Of a stretch of DNA of 32,000 bases, positions 11,292 through 18,358 are shown piece by piece (the first letter of the stretch is position 1; each line of letters begins with the position of its first letter). The stretch spans positions 1-32,000 of the forward strand of contig JAQVDW010000014.1 of NCBI GenBank assembly GCA_028698185.1, given 5' to 3'. The translations under genes were made by a program, and so were the position numbers. The stretch is from Erysipelotrichaceae bacterium. GTDB lineage: Bacteria; Bacillota_I; Bacilli_A; Erysipelotrichales; Coprobacillaceae. Under the pieces are notes generated by a model, which worked only from the letters and a program-made list of their open reading frames with translations, searched no databases and was not told the origin of the DNA.

Positions 11292-11300
11292 TGTTATAAT
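11292..11300 (+). promoter_or_regulatory. Extended -10 promoter element (TGtTATAAT) for the aminopeptidase gene
   Basis: TG at 11292-11293, then n, then TATAAT at 11295-11300. Confidence 0.4.
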
Positions 11301-11323
11301 TGTACATATTTGGAGGAATGATT

Positions 11324-12550
11324 ATGTTTAAAGAAAACTTACAGAAATACGCCCGCCTGCTGGTCGAGAGCGGGCTTAATGTCCAGGAAGGGCAAGTGGT
11401 GGCGGTGATGGCTACCATCGAAGCGGTCGAGCTTGTCCGCGAGGTGACCAAGGCGGCATACAATAGGAAAGCCAAGGAAGTTCGGGTTCTATACGATGAT
11501 GAATTCGTGACACGCCAGAAGTATCTGAATTCTCCCCTGGAAGTGTTCGAGAGTGTGCCTAAATACATCAGCGAGTTCCGCAACGAACTGGTGGAACAGG
11601 ATTCATGCATCCTGTTCTTGCGCGGTGACGATCCGGAACTTCTCAAAGGATGCGACCGTGAGAAAGTGGCGGCCAACACTAAAAACATGATGCTCGCGCT
11701 CAAACCGTTCAATGACAAGCGTGACAATATGGAACTTTCATGGTGCATCGGGGCCGTCCCAAGTGCGGCCTGGGCCAACAAGGTATATCCGGATATGGCT
11801 ACCCATGAGGCTATCGAAGCCCTGTGGCAGGCGATATTCAAGGTGACATACACAACAAAGGATGATCCTGTGGCATTCTACAGCCAGAACAAGATCAACT
11901 TCGAGAACCGGGTGAAATATCTCAACGATCTGAAGATCGAATCGCTGCATTACAGAAATTCCCTGGGAACCGACCTTGTGGTCGAACTCCCTGAGAAGTA
12001 CCTTTTTGCCGGCGGCGGCAGCTATCTTAGCAACGGGGTGTACAACTTCCCGAACATTCCGACCGAAGAGGTTTTCACCGTGAACAAGAAGCATGGGGTG
12101 AACGGTATTGTCTACAGCTCGATGCCGCTCAATTACCATGGCAATCTCATCGAAGACTTCTCGTTCAAGTTTGAGGACGGCAAGATCGTCGAAGCCAAGG
12201 CCCGGGTCAATGAAGCGGTTCTCAATGACATGATCTCGCTCGATGAAGGAGCCTGCTATCTAGGCGAGGTGGCCCTTGTCCCTTACGACAGCCCTATCAG
12301 CAATCTCAATACTTTGTTCTATATGACCTTGCTTGATGAAAATGCTTCTTGCCATTTCGCAATCGGAAATTCCTACATCGAATGTCTTGATGGCGGATTG
12401 ACGATGAGCGAAGAGGAAAAGAAGGCCCAGGATGTCAACGAATCCCTGACCCATGTCGACTTCATGGTCGGCACAAGCGACCTGGAAATCATCGCGACTA
12501 CCAGAGACAATAAAAAAGTCCTTATCTTCAAGGATGGAAACTTCGTTTAA
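11324..12550 (+). CDS. Aminopeptidase, M29 family (PepS/AmpS-like)
   Basis: The ~408-aa length and the N-terminus 'FKENLQKYARLLVESGLNVQEGQVV' are typical of M29 aminopeptidases. GGAGGA (11312-11317) lies 6 nt before ATG 11324; the track start at 11300 is TTG. Confidence 0.8.
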   Translation: MFKENLQKYARLLVESGLNVQEGQVVAVMATIEAVELVREVTKAAYNRKAKEVRVLYDDEFVTRQKYLNSPLEVFESVPKYISEFRNELVEQDSCILFLRGDDPELLKGCDREKVAANTKNMMLALKPFNDKRDNMELSWCIGAVPSAAWANKVYPDMATHEAIEALWQAIFKVTYTTKDDPVAFYSQNKINFENRVKYLNDLKIESLHYRNSLGTDLVVELPEKYLFAGGGSYLSNGVYNFPNIPTEEVFTVNKKHGVNGIVYSSMPLNYHGNLIEDFSFKFEDGKIVEAKARVNEAVLNDMISLDEGACYLGEVALVPYDSPISNLNTLFYMTLLDENASCHFAIGNSYIECLDGGLTMSEEEKKAQDVNESLTHVDFMVGTSDLEIIATTRDNKKVLIFKDGNFV

Positions 12551-12580
12551 AAAACACAGGCCAAGAGGCCTGTGTTTTTG
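12549..12580. terminator. Bidirectional intrinsic terminator between convergent genes
   Basis: ACACAGGCC (12554-12562), AAGA loop, GGCCTGTGT (12567-12575), flanked by an A-run upstream and a T-run downstream. Confidence 0.8.
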
Positions 12581-12582
12581 TA

Positions 12583-14262
12583 TCATGCTGTGTATTCTTC
12601 AAGGAGCTTTTCGATTTCATGGTAACGGGGATCATTGTTCTGGTAATACAGGTAGGCTAGTTCCTGGTAGATGTTGGCGATGAAACTCCGGAAATGGGGA
12701 TCGATCATGCTTAGCTCCTGGGCGTTGGAAAGTGACTGCAGGCAGAACTCGATTGCCTTGTCGTAGTCCTGGAGCGCCAGGTAATATTTGGAAAAAAGCT
12801 TGTAAGTCTTGGCCTTTTCCTCGAGCAAGTACTCGACCTGGTCGATTTCGGTTTTTTCAAGCAGTGATTCGAGGACAAGCAGATTTTCATACAATCGGTC
12901 AAGGTCCTTCAATGCCAGGTGGTTCTGGGCGATCAGCCGGTAGATCGGCGCGTACTGGATCTTGTCGACATATATCTGGTCGTAACAATTCAATGCGGCT
13001 CGAAGATTGGTGAGCGACTGGTCGAATTCATGGAGATAGTAGTCGGTCTCGCCGATGATTAGATAACAGCTGCCAATCAGGAAGTGGAATCTTTCATCGG
13101 TCGCCTTGATCTTGGAAAAATATTCCAGGGCAATCTGGCCATAATCCTTGGCTTTTTCGTAATCCTTGAGGCCTAGGTGGCATACGGCAAGGATCCGGTA
13201 GACGACGGCCACGTCATAATTTATCATATCCTCGTCGTTGTCTTCCCTTGCGATGTTCTGGAATGAACCTAGCGCCTTTTGGGCGAATTCAACCGCTTCC
13301 TTGTAGCGGTCAAGATGGCTGCAGGTCTCGGCGACTGTAAGATAAATCGGGCCAAGAGCGTAACTGTCCTCGTCATTGATCATGAGCAGGTAGAACAGCG
13401 ACTGCTTGAGTGAATCCAGCAGTTTTGCATTCTTGTTCAGGTTTCTTTGCAGGGTGGCCAGAACGAGGTAGCTGTCGGCGAGGTTCGAGATGCCGTTGGG
13501 ATCTTCGGGACTCATATTGTATAGCTCGAGGCGGGCATTGATTGCCGCCTGGGCCGAATCGACAGCCAGACCAAACCGGTTGAGACTGGTGTTGAGCCGG
13601 GTAACCTGCTGGTGATAGATTGCCAGGTAAAGAAGGTAGTTGCGGCTTTTCTTGTTTTCGAACAGGTTCAAATAACGCCAGGACTGTTCCAATGAACGCT
13701 CGACTTGGTCGTATTTTTGGACATTGAGCAAATGGTTGGTGTGGATCAGGTTGTTGAAACCTATTTCGTGAATCTGCACGGGTTTGAGATAACCCACGTC
13801 GATTCCATTAAGGGTATTCAGGTATATCTCGTAATCGTGGTGCATCTTTTTTTGGTGGTAATAGTTGATCAGGTTTATCAGGGAATTTACGTACATCGGG
13901 ATGTAGATGTCGTCTTGCGCTGAGAGTTCCTGGTAATCCTCGACGCCGCTGCGGAGGTAGTCCTGAGTGTTCTTGGCAAAATCCAGTTTGACTGACAGGC
14001 TGCCAAGCAGACTGTTGATATAGGCCCGGTCCTGCATGTTGATCTCGGTCAAATCGAGATGGACGAGGGCCTCATAGGCCTCTTCGTACGATTCGAAAGC
14101 ATTAAGCAGCGAGGCGTATTTGATGGAAAAATAAATCTGCCCTTCCTTGGTGAGCCGGTGCGACAAAAGCAGATCCTCATACAGTATGATCAATTCCCCG
14201 GCGCCCTGCTCATCCAAAGGCCGGTTTTCCAATTCTTCTATTTGTTTTAGTATATCTTCCAT
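12583..14262 (-). CDS. Stand-alone tetratricopeptide-repeat (TPR) protein, ~559 aa, no other recognisable domain
   Basis: All-helical, with repeated TPR-like units such as 'YEEAYEAL', 'DRYKEAVEFAQKAL', 'KDYEKAKDYGQIALEYF' and 'QDYDKAIEFCLQSL'. SD AGAGAGGT lies 5 nt before ATG 14262; the track start at 14292 is less likely. No HTH, signal peptide or TM segment. Confidence 0.8.
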   Translation of the reverse strand: MEDILKQIEELENRPLDEQGAGELIILYEDLLLSHRLTKEGQIYFSIKYASLLNAFESYEEAYEALVHLDLTEINMQDRAYINSLLGSLSVKLDFAKNTQDYLRSGVEDYQELSAQDDIYIPMYVNSLINLINYYHQKKMHHDYEIYLNTLNGIDVGYLKPVQIHEIGFNNLIHTNHLLNVQKYDQVERSLEQSWRYLNLFENKKSRNYLLYLAIYHQQVTRLNTSLNRFGLAVDSAQAAINARLELYNMSPEDPNGISNLADSYLVLATLQRNLNKNAKLLDSLKQSLFYLLMINDEDSYALGPIYLTVAETCSHLDRYKEAVEFAQKALGSFQNIAREDNDEDMINYDVAVVYRILAVCHLGLKDYEKAKDYGQIALEYFSKIKATDERFHFLIGSCYLIIGETDYYLHEFDQSLTNLRAALNCYDQIYVDKIQYAPIYRLIAQNHLALKDLDRLYENLLVLESLLEKTEIDQVEYLLEEKAKTYKLFSKYYLALQDYDKAIEFCLQSLSNAQELSMIDPHFRSFIANIYQELAYLYYQNNDPRYHEIEKLLEEYTA

Positions 14263-14414
14263 AGGGCACCTCTCTTTACTATATTCTACCATCTAATCGA
14301 AAACGATACAAACAAATATCCCGACATTTGAGTAGCGCTATCAACTTTTTGTGTAACTTATTGTCAGCAAGAAGTTTGTTTTGTTGAACAATACCATTAA
14401 TTGGCGGTTTGGTG

Positions 14415-14443
14415 TTGAAAAACGGGCGCCCACCAAGTAAAAT
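14415..14443 (+). promoter_or_regulatory. Sigma-A-type promoter for the HTH triad (TTGAAA-17-TAAAAT)
   Basis: TTGAAA at 14415-14420, a 17-nt spacer containing the GGGCGCCC palindrome, and TAAAAT at 14438-14443. A short palindrome TTGTTgAACAA lies upstream at 14381-14391. Confidence 0.5.
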
Positions 14444-14482
14444 TAATGTAGAATATTTCAAAAAGTCATGCGGGGGCTATTT

Positions 14483-15613
14483 ATGAACGAATTTGTCACG
14501 ATGTTGAACAATTTTATCGAGAACTCCGGTATCTCACAAAGCCAGATTTCGCGGGATGTGAATATCAGCCGGACCAAACTGAACAAGTGTCTTAACGGCA
14601 AAAGAAACCTGACATATCAGGAACTCGACCAGATCTGCAAGTATCTGTCTCTCTCTAGTTTCCAGGAAAGCGTGCTCAAACAGGCATTCACCAACCGGGA
14701 CCTGACCGGATTGCAGCATCGGAATTTCGCCGAACTTGACAACCTGTTCCGCAACATCCATGAGGTCAAGAAAATCGATTGCAACCAGATGATAATCCAT
14801 CCCCGCAATCAGATAGAAATCAGCCAGGGCCATTACTTCGGCCGGCTCAACGTCATAACGATGATCAAGAAGATAATCCGCGCCCATTATGACTTGAAAC
14901 ATAAGGCTGATCTGGTCATGAACCTGCCCCTGTACGATAATCTGCTGCGCCAGTTTTTCATCGAGATATTGTGCAATTTCAACTCGAACTTCCAGATAAC
15001 CCACCTGATTCCAATCAATCACGAGGACAGCATGGTCAATGAGGAATTCAATGTGCTCAATGTGCTCAACCAGGTGGTGCCCCTGGCAATGTTGGGACAT
15101 TACCGATACAACAGCTGGTATTTCGATGCCTACCTGCTGAAAAACGAATTCAATATCTACCCTTATTTCATAATCGTCAATAATGTGGCTTTGTTTGTTT
15201 CGGGCGACCTGAAAAACCTCATGGTCGATAAAAACGGGGAGGCGATCAGGTATTACACCAAAGTGAGCGAACTGCAGAAATTGGCTTCAAAACCCCTGGT
15301 CAGACAGACGAGTGAAGTTCCCGACCTTGACTACGATATCATTTTCTCCGACGAACGGGCGGTCAGGGAGACATACCGGGCCGCAAAAATGGTTTCAATC
15401 AGAGAAGCAAAGGAGATTTACCGGAAAAACACCAAACTCCCTTACAATGATGGCAGCCGCAACACGCACGAGGGAATAAGTATCTTCTTCAAGGATGACC
15501 TGTTGGTAATCAAGCTCAATGACAACCGGAGCGACTGTCTGATGATTGAAAACCGGAATCTGATCAATTCTTTCAAGGATTATATCCGCGCCAATATCAC
15601 AGCAAATATCTGA
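14483..15613 (+). CDS. XRE-type HTH protein with an uncharacterised ~310-aa C-terminal domain (paralog 1 of 3)
   Basis: N-terminal HTH 'SGISQSQISRDVNISRTKLNKCLNGKRNLTYQELDQICKYLSL'. Its C-terminal motifs are shared with the two downstream genes. The alternative start is 14468. Confidence 0.8.
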   Translation: MNEFVTMLNNFIENSGISQSQISRDVNISRTKLNKCLNGKRNLTYQELDQICKYLSLSSFQESVLKQAFTNRDLTGLQHRNFAELDNLFRNIHEVKKIDCNQMIIHPRNQIEISQGHYFGRLNVITMIKKIIRAHYDLKHKADLVMNLPLYDNLLRQFFIEILCNFNSNFQITHLIPINHEDSMVNEEFNVLNVLNQVVPLAMLGHYRYNSWYFDAYLLKNEFNIYPYFIIVNNVALFVSGDLKNLMVDKNGEAIRYYTKVSELQKLASKPLVRQTSEVPDLDYDIIFSDERAVRETYRAAKMVSIREAKEIYRKNTKLPYNDGSRNTHEGISIFFKDDLLVIKLNDNRSDCLMIENRNLINSFKDYIRANITANI

Positions 15614-15632
15614 TTGCAGGAAAGGAGCAACT

Positions 15633-16577
15633 ATGTTCGGAGAAGTTTTGAAAAAAATCGTGGATGAAAGCGACATTTCGCTAGCGAAGCTCAGTCGTTC
15701 CAGCGGGGTTTCCCGTTCAATGCTTTATAAGGTGATCAAAGGGGAAAGCGGGCTTTCTCAGGAAAAATTCACCCAGCTGGTAAATACCGAGCTTTTCAAT
15801 GCAAACCAGGTCACGGACCTGATGGATGCATATCTTCTAAGCTCCAACTCCGCCAGAGATGGCAAAGGGGTCATCCGTGCCTTGAACTTCATTGAAAATC
15901 TCCAAAGGAACCAATCGCGCAAAGTGAGCGAACATGTCGAACCGGTCAAAACCGAAGGCTACCAGATGCTCTATGGAAAAGAAAATATCGGAAACATGTT
16001 AAGCAGCGCCCTGGCGAACTATCAAAAGGAGATATTGATCCTGAATCAGGAAAAATCGCGGGTGGAAAAACACATCCCTGAAACAGGGAAAAACATCATC
16101 ATCCTGAAGAACATCAGTGACCTGTCGAAAAAAGTCACAAATCTCAATGACGGTCTGCTTGCCTGTTTGCGCAATCCGGATCTCGAATTGTACTATACCA
16201 CGGTGCCGACGCTCAATATCTCCATTTACGACAATTATATTCTTGTCGATGATGTCTTATACATGTATGACAGTGGCCTTGGTTCGATGGCATATACATC
16301 CAATAAAAGGCGGATCAGATTTTTCAAAGGTATATTTCTTGAGCGTCTTGAGTCTGCCAACCGGTATTTCAAGTTGGAACCGCTGTTTAAAAACTATCAG
16401 GAGGTCCTGAAAATTGACGACCGGCAGTCCATAATTTTCAAGGACCAGCATTATTACATCAAAAACGGCAGCCGGGTCATAAGCCTGGACAAGATGCTGG
16501 AAGATGATTTAAGCGACTATTTTGCCAAAGGAGTCCAGGATGTCAAAATTCACAAAAAAACTGCAAGAACTGATTGA
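15633..16577 (+). CDS. XRE-type HTH protein with an uncharacterised C-terminal domain (paralog 2 of 3)
   Basis: N-terminal HTH 'SDISLAKLSRSSGVSRSMLYKVIKGESGLSQEKFTQLV'. SD AAAGGAG lies 5 nt before ATG 15633. It shares the motifs 'NYILVDD..Y.YDSG' and C-terminal 'LSDYF'. Confidence 0.8.
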   Translation: MFGEVLKKIVDESDISLAKLSRSSGVSRSMLYKVIKGESGLSQEKFTQLVNTELFNANQVTDLMDAYLLSSNSARDGKGVIRALNFIENLQRNQSRKVSEHVEPVKTEGYQMLYGKENIGNMLSSALANYQKEILILNQEKSRVEKHIPETGKNIIILKNISDLSKKVTNLNDGLLACLRNPDLELYYTTVPTLNISIYDNYILVDDVLYMYDSGLGSMAYTSNKRRIRFFKGIFLERLESANRYFKLEPLFKNYQEVLKIDDRQSIIFKDQHYYIKNGSRVISLDKMLEDDLSDYFAKGVQDVKIHKKTARTD

Positions 16578-17982
16578 AAAGTATGATGTGCCCACATCCA
16601 AACTGGCCAAAGTGCTGGGTGTCGACAAGGAGGACCTGGCGCTTGTCTACGATGAATCAATCGTTTTGAATCGGGAAAATTACCAGGAACTGGTAAAGAC
16701 TATGGATCTGAACATCATCGAGGCCCGCGAGCTTGAAAAGCTGTTCAATATCTATGTCTTTGGCGAGGACGAATACAACTACAAGACGAAGATCCGTGAT
16801 TTTCTAGAACAAATCTCATTTAAAATCAACTGGGATCTTGACAAGAACTACTTCTGTGAAAATGCCCGGCTTTACAAAAACGCCTATCAGGACAGTTTCT
16901 ACCAGTATGAAAGCCAGATGTCGCTGATCCTGGCAATCAAAAGGGTTGTCAACAGTTCGCTTTGCAACGACGAAAAGACCAGGATCCGCCTGGTCTACAA
17001 TTTCAACAACGAGTATCTCCTTGGCTATTTTTATGAGATTTTTTCCAGCTACCAGGTCAATCTGGAAATAACCCACCTGACGACATTTGGCGGGCTGCAC
17101 AACGGCGATTTCGATTTGAACATATTGTCGTATCTGATATCCCTGGTCCTGGTGTCGGATCTCAATTACAATTGTTTTTACAACAACGATTACCAGCGGT
17201 TGGTAGCTGGAGATTTTAGCAACTACATGATTGTCAATGAGAAAACCTTCATTTTCGATGACCCGCTAAGCCGGGGAATGCTTATCAGCGATCCTGGCCA
17301 GGTCGAGGCGTTCACCAAGAAGTTCGACGATTCTATCAAGATGTTCAAGCCGATGGCGTACCGCTGTGATTCGATCGACAGGTTCAACGAGATCTACCGG
17401 CACATCAACCGGGAAATGGTTTATTACTCGATCGAACCCGGCGTCTATCTCAACAATTTCCTGACCCGGGAGATGCTGCTCAAATACTACAACTACGCGC
17501 CCGACCAGTCCGAAAAGATCGCCGACAAGATGCTCAAGACCTTAGGCAGAAAAAACCGCCAGCGGGTCTACAAGATAGTGGTCACTGTCGAAGGGCTGAG
17601 CGATTTCGTGATCAACGGGGTGAACAATTCCTTCCCCCAGGTTGCCAATCTGCGCTACACTGTGGAAGAAAGAAAACAGATCCTGGAGGAAATGATCGAA
17701 GGGGTGAGAAACGACACTTACCAGCTCAATATCATCAATACCAAGAGCTTAATGCTGCCCCAGTCGCTGGTCACCGTGGCTTCCCACAAATCCGGCCTGT
17801 TTTTCACCATGGTGCGCGATTATGGAAATGAATCGGGGAATATTTCGTTCTATCTCGACGACCCGGCTCTAGGCAAGCTTTTCTGTGATTTCATCGACAG
17901 CCTGAAAGATGACAATGTTGCTTACAATAAAGAGGATACATTGTTGCTTTTGACCCAAATGATAAACGGTTACTTGGATTGA
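16540..17982 (+). CDS. XRE-type (degenerate) HTH protein with an uncharacterised ~420-aa C-terminal domain (paralog 3 of 3)
   Basis: N-terminal 'DVPTSKLAKVLGVDKEDLALVYDESIVLNRENYQELVKTMDL'. AAGGAG (16528-16533) lies 6 nt before ATG 16540, inside the last 38 nt of paralog 2. 'NLEITHL' matches 'NFQITHL' of paralog 1. Confidence 0.8.
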   Translation: MSKFTKKLQELIEKYDVPTSKLAKVLGVDKEDLALVYDESIVLNRENYQELVKTMDLNIIEARELEKLFNIYVFGEDEYNYKTKIRDFLEQISFKINWDLDKNYFCENARLYKNAYQDSFYQYESQMSLILAIKRVVNSSLCNDEKTRIRLVYNFNNEYLLGYFYEIFSSYQVNLEITHLTTFGGLHNGDFDLNILSYLISLVLVSDLNYNCFYNNDYQRLVAGDFSNYMIVNEKTFIFDDPLSRGMLISDPGQVEAFTKKFDDSIKMFKPMAYRCDSIDRFNEIYRHINREMVYYSIEPGVYLNNFLTREMLLKYYNYAPDQSEKIADKMLKTLGRKNRQRVYKIVVTVEGLSDFVINGVNNSFPQVANLRYTVEERKQILEEMIEGVRNDTYQLNIINTKSLMLPQSLVTVASHKSGLFFTMVRDYGNESGNISFYLDDPALGKLFCDFIDSLKDDNVAYNKEDTLLLLTQMINGYLD

Positions 17983-18009
17983 TGTGCGAAATAAGCTTGG
18001 ATTATTGGG

Positions 18010-18039
18010 TTGATTACCTGTGCGCTATTTTTGTATAAT
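18010..18039 (+). promoter_or_regulatory. Near-consensus sigma-A promoter (TTGATT-18-TATAAT) with no annotated gene downstream
   Basis: TTGATT at 18010-18015 and TATAAT at 18034-18039, with an 18-nt spacer. A TGTGCG direct repeat (17983-17988 and 18019-18024) flanks the -35. Confidence 0.55.
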
Positions 18040-18090
18040 TAATGTCACACCTATAGTGGCATATTGCAATCTTAAAGAGAGTGGTCTAGA

Positions 18091-18129
18091 ATGATATCAG
18101 GTAATACGAAATGGGGAATAATAATATAA
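18091..18129 (+). CDS. Candidate 12-aa micro-ORF (MISGNTKWGIII), highly tentative
   Basis: ATG 18091 lies ~52 nt after the -10 and is preceded by AAAGAGAGTGG, which resembles the SD used by the TPR gene (AAAGAGAGGTG). The C-terminus is hydrophobic. A 12-aa ORF can easily arise by chance. Confidence 0.2.
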   Translation: MISGNTKWGIII

Positions 18130-18275
18130 TTCGTATTGCTGAATTTTGTTGGGGCTCTTTCTATGCTCGGGAAATTTTTATATGTAGTGTCGATTAAGGT
18201 TAATGGGGATTTCCTTTAATCAACGGAAACGATTGTATTCATAATAACTTGAGACTTCGGTCTGATCGTTCGGGG

Positions 18276-18304
18276 GACAGTTAATTTATTAGCTGTCTTT
18301 TTTC
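18276..18304 (+). terminator. Weak hairpin plus T-tract that could end the small plus-strand transcript
   Basis: GACAG (18276-18280) pairs with CTGTC (18293-18297) around a 12-nt AT loop, followed by T7 (18298-18304). The stem is only 5 bp. Confidence 0.3.
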
Positions 18305-18323
18305 GTTGCTGATTTGACCTGAC

Positions 18324-18352
18324 AAAAAAACGGAACTCTTAAAAAGTCCCGT
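18324..18352 (-). terminator. Intrinsic terminator of the hydrolase gene (minus strand)
   Basis: ACGGAAC (18330-18336) pairs with GTCCCGT (18346-18352) with 1 mismatch. A7 on the plus strand (18324-18330) gives a U-tract on the minus strand, just after the stop at 18359. Confidence 0.55.
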
Positions 18353-18358
18353 AAATCA

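Noticed and set aside
11035-11853. 272-aa minus-strand ORF
   Set aside because: It is antisense to the M29 aminopeptidase gene and the end of the AEC gene, and it spans a terminator and a promoter. Its Ser/Arg/Thr-rich composition is typical of antisense frames.
14279-14461. 60-aa minus-strand ORF filling the TPR/HTH intergenic region
   Set aside because: It has a TTG start with no SD, it spans the divergent promoter region, and its basic low-complexity sequence suggests a chance ORF.
18163-18219. Second micro-ORF (MLGKFLYVVSIKVNGDFL) in the orphan transcript
   Set aside because: No SD-like sequence lies upstream, so it is indistinguishable from chance. It is kept only as an alternative to the 12-aa ORF.
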